From Bacillota bacterium (GTDB lineage Bacteria; Bacillota; Clostridia; Christensenellales; CAMQZB01): a DNA stretch of 64,000 bases. The notes beneath the pieces are model-generated. The model worked only from the letters and a program-made list of their open reading frames with translations. It ran no database searches and had not been told where the DNA came from. Position 1 is the stretch's first letter, and every line of letters starts with the position of its first letter. The DNA is taken from positions 15,084-79,083 of the forward strand of contig JAWXUU010000001.1 in NCBI GenBank assembly GCA_044426085.1, read 5' to 3'. Shown one piece after another: positions 1-9,273 of this stretch. The position numbers were made by a program, and so were the translations under genes.

Positions 1-1095
1 TGTATACTCTACATTGCAATACGAACTATAAAGTTTGCGAAGATACAAACATGCATTGATTATTGCATACATTTGTTGAACTGCAGCACAGCTATAATTT
101 TTACATAACAGCTTATCCAAATTATAATATTTTAAAATATCCGCATCATATAAAGAATCTGCCTTATGAAAAATATCGATCACTTCCTGCTCTGCACTCC
201 CATTGCTATAAATGATTGCAGCATCCCAATCGCAGATTTCTCCCGCTAGCGTAAAATTTTGAAAATGTGTTTGTAAATTAGAATGAATAACGCCAAGTTC
301 GACCAATAAAATTAAATTTTTTATCATAGCGGACTCAAAGTGCGACAATAAATTGCTATACCCCTTTTTTTTAGCAATAACATCTAAATTATAACAAATA
401 TCCCCAAAACTATCTTTATTATCTATGTATTCTTTAACAAGCTCTTGTAGCCTTATTTCGGATTTTAATAATCTAGCTAAAAGTCCCACCTTATTATCAT
501 CATAAAAAATTTTAGACAAATTTATCTCAATCCTACCATCCAATGATTGCAATGTAATAAATTGTGATCTAACAAAATCCCCCATGGCCTGCTTATTGTG
601 ATTTCCCCAAGTGTATTTAAGCTCACCTTTATAAACCGAAATTGGCTTAGGCACAATACCGCCCTTATTGTATACATAATCAGAAAAAATCGCCTCTCTA
701 TATACTGCCCCAAAAATTGAGTATCCTTCAGGCCTAGGATCAAAAAGTTCAATTTTATATTTGTTATCATAAAAATATTCAACTAATATTGAAAAATCTT
801 CGACAAAGATTCTTACACATCCACCTTTCTTAACAATACTTCTCTTATTCCAAAAATCATTCATCACTAATCGAAATTCTTCACTTCCAGCTGATGGTCC
901 AACTCCTTTTAAAAATAAATAATCCTCCCCCACTTTCTTATAACAACCTCGCCCCATCCATGACGATTGTAAAAAAACATCTCTTTTTTGATACATTATA
1001 TTATCATCTACTATACGAGCAATTTCAGAAACACTACCCGATTCCCACACTTTATCAAATCTGTTATTTTCAAAAATAAATTCTACTACATTCAT
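1..1095 (-). CDS. Hypothetical protein, C-terminus cut by window edge (365 codons visible)
   Basis: Absent from the ORF track because no stop lies in the window. Hand translation from ATG 1095 (GGAG upstream) stays open to base 1: MNVVEFIFENNRFDKVWESG... The segment VIHSNLQTHFQNFTLAGEICDWD only loosely recalls the APH/protein-kinase-like catalytic loop and is not canonical. Confidence 0.6.
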   Translation of the reverse strand, partial: MNVVEFIFENNRFDKVWESGSVSEIARIVDDNIMYQKRDVFLQSSWMGRGCYKKVGEDYLFLKGVGPSAGSEEFRLVMNDFWNKRSIVKKGGCVRIFVEDFSILVEYFYDNKYKIELFDPRPEGYSIFGAVYREAIFSDYVYNKGGIVPKPISVYKGELKYTWGNHNKQAMGDFVRSQFITLQSLDGRIEINLSKIFYDDNKVGLLARLLKSEIRLQELVKEYIDNKDSFGDICYNLDVIAKKKGYSNLLSHFESAMIKNLILLVELGVIHSNLQTHFQNFTLAGEICDWDAAIIYSNGSAEQEVIDIFHKADSLYDADILKYYNLDKLLCKNYSCAAVQQMYAIINACLYLRKLYSSYCNVEYT

Positions 1096-1238
1096 TATAA
1101 ATCTCCTAATATGTTTAATTTATAGGTCATATATAAAATATCAATTTATATGCATTGTATTCAAATGCAAAACATGCTCTCTTGGCATACAAACACGCCA
1201 TTTTTTAGCTTATAAAATCTCGGCTATTTATCACTCTT

Positions 1239-2252
1239 CTACAATTTTATTGCTTCTTTTATTCTACATATTTCACCTACTTCTGTTGGAATATTATACC
1301 CTATAACATTAACTTCCGTAACCAAACTTACCCCATATTCTTCATGGATTTTATCATGAAGCCATTTGACAGCAAAAAACCAATCTTGACTATTAGAATG
1401 TTCTGAGATATTACATAGAAAATTCGCATGTTTTGATGACACACAAAATTTATTACAAATCACAGCACCTTTTAAACCCATTTTTTCAATTAGTGCACCT
1501 GCTGGAACCTTAAATCCAAACTCACTATTAATAACCGCAACGCCCTTCCCCTTTAAATAATTTACACAATTATTGTCTTTCGTAAAATAAGGCAAAAATA
1601 GCGAACCAGAATTAGGATATTTAATAGGATCAGGAAATTTACGCACTCGCATATCTTTAATTTTCTTTATTGCAAGATTTAAACTAATATATTTATCATT
1701 AATGCATATCATATTATGTGTAAGTTTATTCGAACTAATAAAGGTTGCAGAAATTATTAAGTATCTATTGGCGTTTTTCATAAACACGCTTGATCTATAA
1801 CTAAATTCACAATCACTCTTGCAAAATTCTATAATTTTTTGTTGCTCACTATCCCAACAAATAACCTTATCTATAAATTGAGATATACAAAAATTAAAAG
1901 CCCCTGAATTTTGAAATATTGCACCCCCAACGGTTCCCGGTATGCCTGATAAATAAATAATTTCATAGCTATCAGTTCTTGATAATACATCTATTAATTG
2001 AGATAACAACACCCCTGCGGTAACATGCACAATTAATTTATCTTTCAAATACTCCACCTTCATATTTGCATTTGATTTAAGTAAACATAACTTATCTCCC
2101 CAAAGAACCACATTGCTTCCTTCACCTAAAACCACATAATCTTGATTCCCATTTGCCAATCTAACAATATCATCGATATCACTATACCAACTTATTAACT
2201 CAATATTTGAATCTAAAGCTATAGAAGTATAATTATAATTTTTCCAATTCAT
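1239..2252 (-). CDS. murB: UDP-N-acetylenolpyruvoylglucosamine reductase (MurB, short type II) paralog
   Basis: FAD-binding motifs GEGSNVVL and IPGTVGGAIFQNSGAFN. Substrate and catalytic motifs YPNSGSLF, VSSKHANFLCN and LVTEVNVIGY match recalled MurB consensus. The upstream gene overlaps it by 20 nt. Confidence 0.8.
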   Translation of the reverse strand: MNWKNYNYTSIALDSNIELISWYSDIDDIVRLANGNQDYVVLGEGSNVVLWGDKLCLLKSNANMKVEYLKDKLIVHVTAGVLLSQLIDVLSRTDSYEIIYLSGIPGTVGGAIFQNSGAFNFCISQFIDKVICWDSEQQKIIEFCKSDCEFSYRSSVFMKNANRYLIISATFISSNKLTHNMICINDKYISLNLAIKKIKDMRVRKFPDPIKYPNSGSLFLPYFTKDNNCVNYLKGKGVAVINSEFGFKVPAGALIEKMGLKGAVICNKFCVSSKHANFLCNISEHSNSQDWFFAVKWLHDKIHEEYGVSLVTEVNVIGYNIPTEVGEICRIKEAIKL

Positions 2253-3963
2253 TGAAATCCCCGCGCCTTTCCATAACCGCCCTACAAAACAAAGAAAGCT
2301 CGAAATTTAATACATCATCTACATTACATTTTATCACACGCCCTTCATTGCAAACCACATCTAGCTCATTCAATACCTTACAAAAAAATAAGTATACGTA
2401 TCCAGTCATACTATACGCATCTTCATTAATATAAATTTGATTCAAATATATAAGATCAAGCTCAAGTCCAATTTCCTCTAAAATTTCTCGTTTAGCTGCA
2501 CTTATTGGAGTTTCTCCCTGGAACATTGCTCCCCCCCAAAAGGATACTTTACCGCTATTCTTTATATCTTTTAAATCTCTTTGTTGCAAAATAAGCCGAT
2601 TAAGACTATCCACTAAAATTACAGCAACACTTTCATGAATATTTTGTTTTTTTTCCTTTATTACGGCACCTAGTTTTGTCAAATTAAATATAATATTTGA
2701 ATAGCCACGATGGAGTTGCTCAGCATGACATATCACGCATGAACTCTTAGTAATAGCAATGGCAATAAGTTCAGCAAATGCACACCGCAAATCAGTAGCA
2801 ACTATTTCGACCATCCCAACAGACGCAATATACTCATCGCAATATTCTACAGAATATATACCATTATTCTCAATAAAATACCATCCTAATTTCGATAATT
2901 GATTTAGATATTCAACTCTACCAATAAATTTCCTATCAATAACTGTAACTTTATTACAATACTTTGAGGCCCAAACTACCAATATAGGTTGCAAATCGGA
3001 ACTAATATTAGGATAAAACGAAGCCTCAATAGCACACTCATCCTTCCTAACAACACTACAGTTGCCATCACTTTTAATCCAAACTGCGTTTTTAAGCCAC
3101 TTGATTCTCCCATTGCTAAGTGTTTCAATAAATTGCATTGACTTAATATATGGAATATCTGCGATAATTTCGCCATTCACACCAAGCGCATCCATCAGAC
3201 ATGCATACCCCAAAACTTCATCTATATCACTAGGAATTCTATATTCAATAATAGATAAATTATCAACCTTTTTACCATCTTTAACCGTAATACTATTATC
3301 GTTAATTTTACAAATATATTTTTCTTTAATCGTATTTATAAATTCAATCAAATATTGAACTTCTGGTCTTACCGAGATATTATTAATCATTCCTATTTTA
3401 CCTTCATACATACAAAAAATACCTGCGACTGTCCCCATCGTAGTATCAAAGTCAAAACTAAATTCCTCAATAAAAGTTGTATCCGCCAAAAATGAAATTT
3501 CTATAAAATCATCTATTTTAACAGATCCCCCCATCTTTTTCCATAGTTCTACATGTTGATCAATTTGCCTATTCCCAATTTTACAACCACCCAATAAATT
3601 TGGCACCTTAACATATCCAAACCTTAATAAATGCAATGTGACGGCAAGTAATGCACTTCTACAATTCACTACAAATGGCGTACTAATCATATTTTTTTTA
3701 ATCCCTTCATTGATAGTGATCATCTTCTCCATCTTGTTATATTCAATTTTAGCCCCTGCCAAAACGGCATAATCAAGTAAAAATATCACGTCACTTATTT
3801 CTGGAACATTGTTTATTATCACCTTTTTATTTAAAAATATTGATAATAAAAACGTGTATATAAAACTGTGCTTACTCCCACTCGCACTTAAACTAACAAA
3901 TGTATTTTTCTTTAGAAAACATATTTCAATATCCTTCTTGTTTGGTGCAAATGCCATTTGCAT
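2233..3963 (-). CDS. MurA-like enolpyruvyl transferase fused to a C-terminal NUDIX hydrolase domain
   Basis: MurA-like GSKHS..., catalytic-Cys loop LLGGCKIGNRQIDQH, and C-terminal DLRCAFAELI...HRGYSNIIFNLTKLGA. The last ~134 aa carry a perfect Nudix box GAMFQGETPISAAKREILEEIGL (nt ~2464-2532). Confidence 0.8.
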   Translation of the reverse strand: MQMAFAPNKKDIEICFLKKNTFVSLSASGSKHSFIYTFLLSIFLNKKVIINNVPEISDVIFLLDYAVLAGAKIEYNKMEKMITINEGIKKNMISTPFVVNCRSALLAVTLHLLRFGYVKVPNLLGGCKIGNRQIDQHVELWKKMGGSVKIDDFIEISFLADTTFIEEFSFDFDTTMGTVAGIFCMYEGKIGMINNISVRPEVQYLIEFINTIKEKYICKINDNSITVKDGKKVDNLSIIEYRIPSDIDEVLGYACLMDALGVNGEIIADIPYIKSMQFIETLSNGRIKWLKNAVWIKSDGNCSVVRKDECAIEASFYPNISSDLQPILVVWASKYCNKVTVIDRKFIGRVEYLNQLSKLGWYFIENNGIYSVEYCDEYIASVGMVEIVATDLRCAFAELIAIAITKSSCVICHAEQLHRGYSNIIFNLTKLGAVIKEKKQNIHESVAVILVDSLNRLILQQRDLKDIKNSGKVSFWGGAMFQGETPISAAKREILEEIGLELDLIYLNQIYINEDAYSMTGYVYLFFCKVLNELDVVCNEGRVIKCNVDDVLNFELSLFCRAVMERRGDFNELEKL

Positions 3964-4040
3964 TTTAATATACCCCCTTTATTAAAATACTATTTGTACA
4001 CTAATAAAATATTACTTTATAAAAGTTTTTAATTATTTTA

Positions 4041-4069
4041 ATTATACCTAATACTGCACATTTTGTCAA
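4041..4069 (-). promoter_or_regulatory. Consensus sigma-A type promoter for the murA-NUDIX/murB operon
   Basis: On the minus strand: TTGACA (4069-4064), a 17-nt spacer, then TATAAT (4046-4041), about 75 nt upstream of ATG 3963. Confidence 0.6.
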
Positions 4070-4193
4070 CTTTCACTGGACACAATTTCTAAAATGCAAA
4101 CAACTAAAACTTGAATCGTTTTAGTTATTTTTAAAATTTCTAAATCCCGTATTGGACTAACTTTAGATTTATCAACAACCATATAAGCTGTGC

Positions 4194-5258
4194 CTAGACT
4201 GCGCCGCTTTTTTCGCAATCCTCTTTATAAAGCAACAATTTACCTGTATTCCAATCTACATACCCTTTTCTATACATTGTATCATATAGGCGCATAGCTC
4301 GCACTGCTCCTATTTGAAATTCTTCTGCTATGCTTGAGATACTGATGGATTGACATTCTAGTGCGTACATCAATACTTTTGCTAGCATCACATCGTCTTC
4401 TTCTGTTGTTTTTTCATTTTTAATAAATGTTTTTAGCGATTGTGCATCACTATATTTCATGCCTAGAATCATAAAAAATAAGATTTCAGCTGACCCTGCT
4501 AAGCTTTCATCAAGAACCGAACTGAAATTTATTGGAATATGCTTTGGAACTTCATCTCTTATTATATCCGCTGCTTCACTGATATCAGACAAAATACATT
4601 CATCAATGCATGTACTAAATCCAATCATGCACTTTTCTGCACAAATAAAATGATTATGCAAAATTTCATCTTTTGCAATTTTGTCTGCGGCCGCACTCAT
4701 TGAGAATTCGCCATCACAAACTTTTACTGACTTAGCAAAAACATGTTTGCCTTTAGTTATTTCAGCAATTTCTTCAAGACCAATATCGATTATTCCAATA
4801 CCTCTGCTCATTTTGTCAATGATATACATGTAGTCTACCATCATATCGAAAACAGCATTATTTCCCTGTTCTTCAGTTTTTAAATTTTCATTTCCTGCCA
4901 TCATCTCGGACACAGAAAATTTAGTGCATATTGATTCTTGCTTTTCTATAACGCTGAGCCATGCATCATTGTTTTCCAATAAATCAGCGGCTAAAATTAA
5001 AGTTTTAAACTCGGAATCCCTAGCTGATTTTTCCAGAAATTCATATACCTTTTGCGAAGCCCAATCGCCGAACTGGCAAACTATGAAATTTATATCTTCA
5101 CAATCAAAGCCTTGCAATTTTTCACAGATTGAAGCTTCCTCTTTAACATCATTGTTATCAACATGCACACAAAGTGAATTTGCAATATATTCCTTATCGC
5201 TAGATTTTATTTTTTCAAATATAGTTTTACCAATATTGCCGGTGCAAATTATATTCAT
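4194..5258 (-). CDS. FtsZ-fold protein with degenerate GTP-binding motifs fused to an FtsK-gamma-like winged helix (paralog 1)
   Basis: GIGIIDIGLEEIAEI aligns to FtsZ PGLINLDFADV. An FtsZ C-domain-like stretch runs KCMIGFSTC...LSDISEAADIIRDEV...INFSSVLDESL...ILFFMILG. The tubulin signature position reads CQFGDWAS. The C-terminal ISISSIAEEFQIGAVRAMRLYDTMYRKGYV resembles FtsK gamma. Confidence 0.6.
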   Translation of the reverse strand: MNIICTGNIGKTIFEKIKSSDKEYIANSLCVHVDNNDVKEEASICEKLQGFDCEDINFIVCQFGDWASQKVYEFLEKSARDSEFKTLILAADLLENNDAWLSVIEKQESICTKFSVSEMMAGNENLKTEEQGNNAVFDMMVDYMYIIDKMSRGIGIIDIGLEEIAEITKGKHVFAKSVKVCDGEFSMSAAADKIAKDEILHNHFICAEKCMIGFSTCIDECILSDISEAADIIRDEVPKHIPINFSSVLDESLAGSAEILFFMILGMKYSDAQSLKTFIKNEKTTEEDDVMLAKVLMYALECQSISISSIAEEFQIGAVRAMRLYDTMYRKGYVDWNTGKLLLYKEDCEKSGAV

Positions 5259-5261
5259 TTT

Positions 5262-5327
5262 TATCCCCCTTATATTTTAAATTAATCTTCGCTTTCAGTC
5301 TTGAAATACTCCATTGCTTTTACCAAA
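5262..5327. repeat. About 65-bp copy of the 3' end, stop and RBS region of gene 7801-8412 (second copy at 7779-7846)
   Basis: Both copies read ...gtaaaagcaatggagtatttcaagactgaaagcgaagattaatttaaaatata.gggg.ataaaaat on the minus strand. The copy at 5262-5327 has no ORF attached. Confidence 0.8.
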
Positions 5328-5382
5328 TTCCTTCCGACCTTTATATTTCTTCTTCTATTTTAAAACATGATCTATATACTTT

Positions 5383-6144
5383 CTAACTTTCATCATCCAT
5401 AATATCCCAAAAAGAACCTATTGGAACGCTTTCTAGCTGTTCGTAGCGTTCTGCAGCGGCTTTACTTCCTTGCTTTGCAGCCATAGCAAAGTAAAGCTTT
5501 GCTTTTTCAATATCCTTTTCCTCACTGTATTCACTGCTATAGTGCAAGCCTAGAAAAAATTGAGCTCGTTCATCTCCATTGTCAGCTGCACGCGTATACC
5601 AATATATTGATTTAGCCACGTCTTTTTCCGTAATCGTACCAAATCTATAGATGCTTCCAAGCCTACTTTGCGATCTTGTATCATTAAGCTCGGCTCCTTT
5701 CTTATAATGCTCTATCGCCTTTTCATTGTTGATATCACGTCCATATCCAGATATATATGCCAAACCTAGCAATCTATAAGCGATCGGAAAATTTTGACTA
5801 GCCAATTCTTCCAACAACTTTATTTGTTTTTCATGATTTACTTCTGTGCCAATGCCTTCTCCGTAACAATGCGCCAACAAACATTTTCCTTCTTGACTGC
5901 CTTGGTCTGCACATATTTGAGCAAAATGAAATGCTAACTTATTGTTACGATTACTATCCCCCACATTCCTATATAAAAAACATAGTGCAAGACCATAACA
6001 CCCTCTCAAATCACCAAGCCGCCAAACGCGAGAATATAGTTTCAATGCAAAATCAATCTCCGAGTTTTTGTATCGAAACTCCGCCTCCTGAAATATTTCT
6101 TCCACATCAGCTATTTTTAAAATATATTGATTTAACTCTTTCAA
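5383..6144 (-). CDS. Sel1-like (SLR/TPR-type) repeat protein, no signal peptide
   Basis: Repeated units such as AQFFLGLHYSSEY..DIEKAKLYFAMAAKQG, AYRLLGLAYISGYG..NNEKAIEHYKKGAELN and SQSRLGSIYRFG. TTG start with AAGGAG RBS, overlapping the upstream stop by 4 nt. Confidence 0.7.
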   Translation of the reverse strand: MKELNQYILKIADVEEIFQEAEFRYKNSEIDFALKLYSRVWRLGDLRGCYGLALCFLYRNVGDSNRNNKLAFHFAQICADQGSQEGKCLLAHCYGEGIGTEVNHEKQIKLLEELASQNFPIAYRLLGLAYISGYGRDINNEKAIEHYKKGAELNDTRSQSRLGSIYRFGTITEKDVAKSIYWYTRAADNGDERAQFFLGLHYSSEYSEEKDIEKAKLYFAMAAKQGSKAAAERYEQLESVPIGSFWDIMDDES

Positions 6145-7751
6145 TGTTTATCTCCTTGTAAATACAGGTCTTCGCCGAATTCTTTCTCGAACTGAGCTAT
6201 ATCAATATATATTTCACGATGACCATTTACAACTTCAGATGCAACATACCCTTTTTCTATCATAGTATCAAGAAGTTTTCTAGCCCTGTAAATTGAAAGA
6301 TTCCAATCACGGATTAAAATACCATGATTAATAGATTTTCTTATAATTGCATACCTGATAGCATCTTTCAATCTAGGGTCATCACCCACAAACGATTCAT
6401 CACTTTCATTTCTGAGTTCACCACATTTACGAACATTTTCGAATGTACTATTTCTCTTTAGTACATCTTGCATGACTTTTTCAATCTCTTCTTGGGTAAC
6501 TTTGCAACCTTGCGCTCTCTCGTAATCATCCGCATCTAGTTGATATATCAACATATCACCATCACCCAATAAATTTTCGCCACCATATACACCAAATGCT
6601 ATCTTTGATTCTTCCTTAGAATTCTGCTTGAATGTTATGCGCGATCCATAGAGTGTTTTAATCGTTCCAGTGAAAATATCTCTAGTGGATTTTGATGATC
6701 CAATAACCACATGTATACCAATAGTTCTAACTTTTTGAGCAATCATAACCAAGTGTTTTTCGAAACTCCTCTTTTCTTGCTCAATAAATGGAGCTATTTC
6801 AGGAATAACGACAACTATTCTTTGCATTATCATGCAATTTTCAGCCTTAGCATAAGCATTATATTGTTCAATATTTCTGCTTCTAGCGATACTAAACAAC
6901 GCATACCTATCTTCCATTTCTTGCACTAACCACAACAATATCTTTTCAGCTTCTTCGATATCTGTACAAACACCATTACCACAAAGATGTGGAATACCTT
7001 CAAACTTTGAAAGATTATTATCATCCAAATCTATCAATATAATTTTCACATGGTTTGGATCTGAACTAAACATCAAGCTCATCATCATCGAATTTATAAA
7101 ATTGTCTTTATCTTGTCTGTTTCCAGATATCAAAAGATTTGGATCATTTTTAAGATTTAAAACAAGATTTTCGCCCTCAACAGTTTTACCAATTGCCAAT
7201 GAGCAGTTACTTTCTGTTAGTTCATGATTGTTTTTAATCTTCTGAAATTTCTCATCCAGCAACACTTCTAGTAGGCACACTTCTTTGTTTTTCGTGTTTG
7301 GCAATTCAATTACAATGCTCCTGTCACTATATTCACCTGCATCGATCATGACTTTATTTACACCTAGCCCTAATGCTATGGCAATTTTATTTTTGTGTTC
7401 TTGCAATATTTTTACAAATTCCAATTGCTTTCTTTTTTGTTCAAATTCAGAAATTAGTTTCACTTGTGCATTATCGCCAATGCCTGATTCTTCTTCAAGT
7501 AGTGAAATTTCAAATCTAACAACTGCATTACCACACACAATGTTAGAAACATACATTGGTATATCCAAATCTTGCAGCCAAGCATTGATTTTTTTCTTAT
7601 TAGTTGCATTAACTGATTTATCAACAAGATTTTTATCACGAACTTTGCGCAATAGCTTATCCCATTTTGGCGGCACATATGTCACAGCTTGTCCAGATAA
7701 ATTTGTTTTTTGATCTTCGCTTTTGCTATAAAGTTCCATTGTTTTATTCAT
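6141..7751 (-). CDS. FtsK/SpoIIIE-family protein with degenerate Walker A/B and an intact gamma domain
   Basis: The P-loop position reads LLISGNRQDKDNFINSMMMSL (nt 7101-7124) where the family has GxxGSGKS. The Walker B position reads IVVVIPEIA (DE to PE). IGIHVVIGSSKST replaces ATQRPS. GENLLGDGDMLIY is conserved. The C-terminal IRDWNLSIYRARKLLDTMIEKGYVASEVVNGHREI resembles FtsK gamma. Confidence 0.7.
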   Translation of the reverse strand: MNKTMELYSKSEDQKTNLSGQAVTYVPPKWDKLLRKVRDKNLVDKSVNATNKKKINAWLQDLDIPMYVSNIVCGNAVVRFEISLLEEESGIGDNAQVKLISEFEQKRKQLEFVKILQEHKNKIAIALGLGVNKVMIDAGEYSDRSIVIELPNTKNKEVCLLEVLLDEKFQKIKNNHELTESNCSLAIGKTVEGENLVLNLKNDPNLLISGNRQDKDNFINSMMMSLMFSSDPNHVKIILIDLDDNNLSKFEGIPHLCGNGVCTDIEEAEKILLWLVQEMEDRYALFSIARSRNIEQYNAYAKAENCMIMQRIVVVIPEIAPFIEQEKRSFEKHLVMIAQKVRTIGIHVVIGSSKSTRDIFTGTIKTLYGSRITFKQNSKEESKIAFGVYGGENLLGDGDMLIYQLDADDYERAQGCKVTQEEIEKVMQDVLKRNSTFENVRKCGELRNESDESFVGDDPRLKDAIRYAIIRKSINHGILIRDWNLSIYRARKLLDTMIEKGYVASEVVNGHREIYIDIAQFEKEFGEDLYLQGDKH

Positions 7752-7800
7752 TTTTTACTTACCCCTTTACTTGTAATTTTTATTCCCCATATATTTTAAA

Positions 7801-8412
7801 TTAATCTTCGCTTTCAGTTTTGAAATACTCCATTGCTTTCACCAAAAGCTCTGTCGATTTTTGCATATCTTCATGTGCGCAAATAAGTTTATCCATTTCT
7901 GCTGCATCATATATTTTATATGGTTTATCACTGTTTTCAACTGTAACAGGACAAATAAATCTGTCCTTTATTTGCGATTCTGCAGTGAAATCGGTTGTGC
8001 TTGCCTCCATATTTATAAAATCTTCAAGACTAAAATCTAGTCTTTTTTCAAAATCCGATTCTTTATAAATTTTAATAAAACTTATAATACCTTTTACCAT
8101 TAAGCTGAAATCTACTTCATTTTCAGCTTGAAAACAGTTTATAAATGCTTCAGGAATGATAAAAAATCTATTTTTCATTGCCACTTTACCAAAGCTGACA
8201 ACATCGTATCCGTCGTTTGAAAATGCTGTAGTAAATTTTGCTTTTTCACTATCAGTCATTGCGTTTCTTATCACAAGTTTAGGCAATTTTGCACCATCTT
8301 TGCCTTTTTCTATCATCAAGCACCATTCCATGTCGCCACTTACAGCAAGATTTCTTGGCATGACAGCTTTTCCTTTTTTAGGATATATTACATACGTTCC
8401 ACAATAAAACAT
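7801..8412 (-). CDS. Hypothetical protein (203 aa)
   Basis: ORF with a GGAGGA RBS, co-directional in the array. No recognisable motifs. Confidence 0.6.
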   Translation of the reverse strand: MFYCGTYVIYPKKGKAVMPRNLAVSGDMEWCLMIEKGKDGAKLPKLVIRNAMTDSEKAKFTTAFSNDGYDVVSFGKVAMKNRFFIIPEAFINCFQAENEVDFSLMVKGIISFIKIYKESDFEKRLDFSLEDFINMEASTTDFTAESQIKDRFICPVTVENSDKPYKIYDAAEMDKLICAHEDMQKSTELLVKAMEYFKTESED

Positions 8413-8472
8413 GATTTTTCCTCCAATGTTTATATATTATTTAATATTGACATTTTTTATCGTGTATCATCA

Positions 8473-9183
8473 TTATATCATAACAATATCATGATACAAA
8501 ATCGATTTTCTGTGATTAATTTGTGCATCAGCGTGGTAGTGACCACACCACCAGTGAGTATACTCCACGTTTTCTTCAAACATATTAAGCCTTATATTCG
8601 TTTCCATCGCATTCCTATGCGCACCCACGACTGTGCCAAACTTTGTGCTACGTTCGTCCACTGTGTGGGTTATTATGTAGTCAACCTTGAAGTCGTGCAA
8701 TGCAAGATTTTTATATGCCTCATCATATTCTGCTTGAATTGGAGTTTCTTGTTTCCACCAACTTTTGCCTTCCGTGCGCCACTCTTTATCCGTGCTTTCT
8801 GCACCACCGAAAGTGAATATCTTTTTACCATATATTTCAAAAATTTGCCCACGCATAAGATGGATAATGCTGTCAGAAATTTTATGTGCATTACCACAAT
8901 TCCACTGCTCGATTGGATATTTATTCAACATATCAAAGTTCTCATGATTACCATCCACAAAAAGTGTTGTGAATGGCAGGTTATTATAAAGTTTTTTCAT
9001 CTTTGCAAGTTCATGCTCGCTCCAAACAATGCCGCAATCGCCAGCTATTATAACAAAATCATCTTTTGTGAGTTCTAGCCCTTTACGCTGCCCAAACGCC
9101 CGCATTTTCATGAAATCATTCGTTCCATGCGTGTCTCCAGTCACAAAAATCCTGCCTTGTTGTTCTGTTTTTATATTATTCAT
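8473..9183 (-). CDS. Calcineurin-like metallophosphoesterase
   Basis: Motifs GDTHG, IIAGDCG, VDGNHENF and ITHT. The ATG at 9183 is preferred over the track GTG at 9192 because AAGGTAG lies 8 nt upstream. Confidence 0.75.
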   Translation of the reverse strand: MNNIKTEQQGRIFVTGDTHGTNDFMKMRAFGQRKGLELTKDDFVIIAGDCGIVWSEHELAKMKKLYNNLPFTTLFVDGNHENFDMLNKYPIEQWNCGNAHKISDSIIHLMRGQIFEIYGKKIFTFGGAESTDKEWRTEGKSWWKQETPIQAEYDEAYKNLALHDFKVDYIITHTVDERSTKFGTVVGAHRNAMETNIRLNMFEENVEYTHWWCGHYHADAQINHRKSILYHDIVMI

Positions 9184-9273
9184 ACTAATCACTACCTTAT
9201 ACGTTACTCCTCGTCAAACAAAATTTTGTGAGCTTCCAACTCTTTCACGGACATGGATTCAAGTTCTTCAAAG

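Noticed and set aside
2524-2536. G7/C7 homopolymer inside the Nudix box codons as a phase-variation switch.
   Set aside because: Seven residues is short, the run simply encodes WGG of the conserved motif, and there is no supporting evidence of slippage.
8491-9078. Long plus-strand ORFs antisense to minus-strand genes: 8491-9078, 13957-14556, 31001-31609, 34515-35195, 36523-37227, 52209-52637, 7285-7713 and 62833-63264.
   Set aside because: They lack RBSs and have low-complexity, Leu/Ile/Ser/Phe-rich translations typical of the antisense frame of AT-rich genes. Each is fully covered by a minus-strand ORF with clear family motifs.
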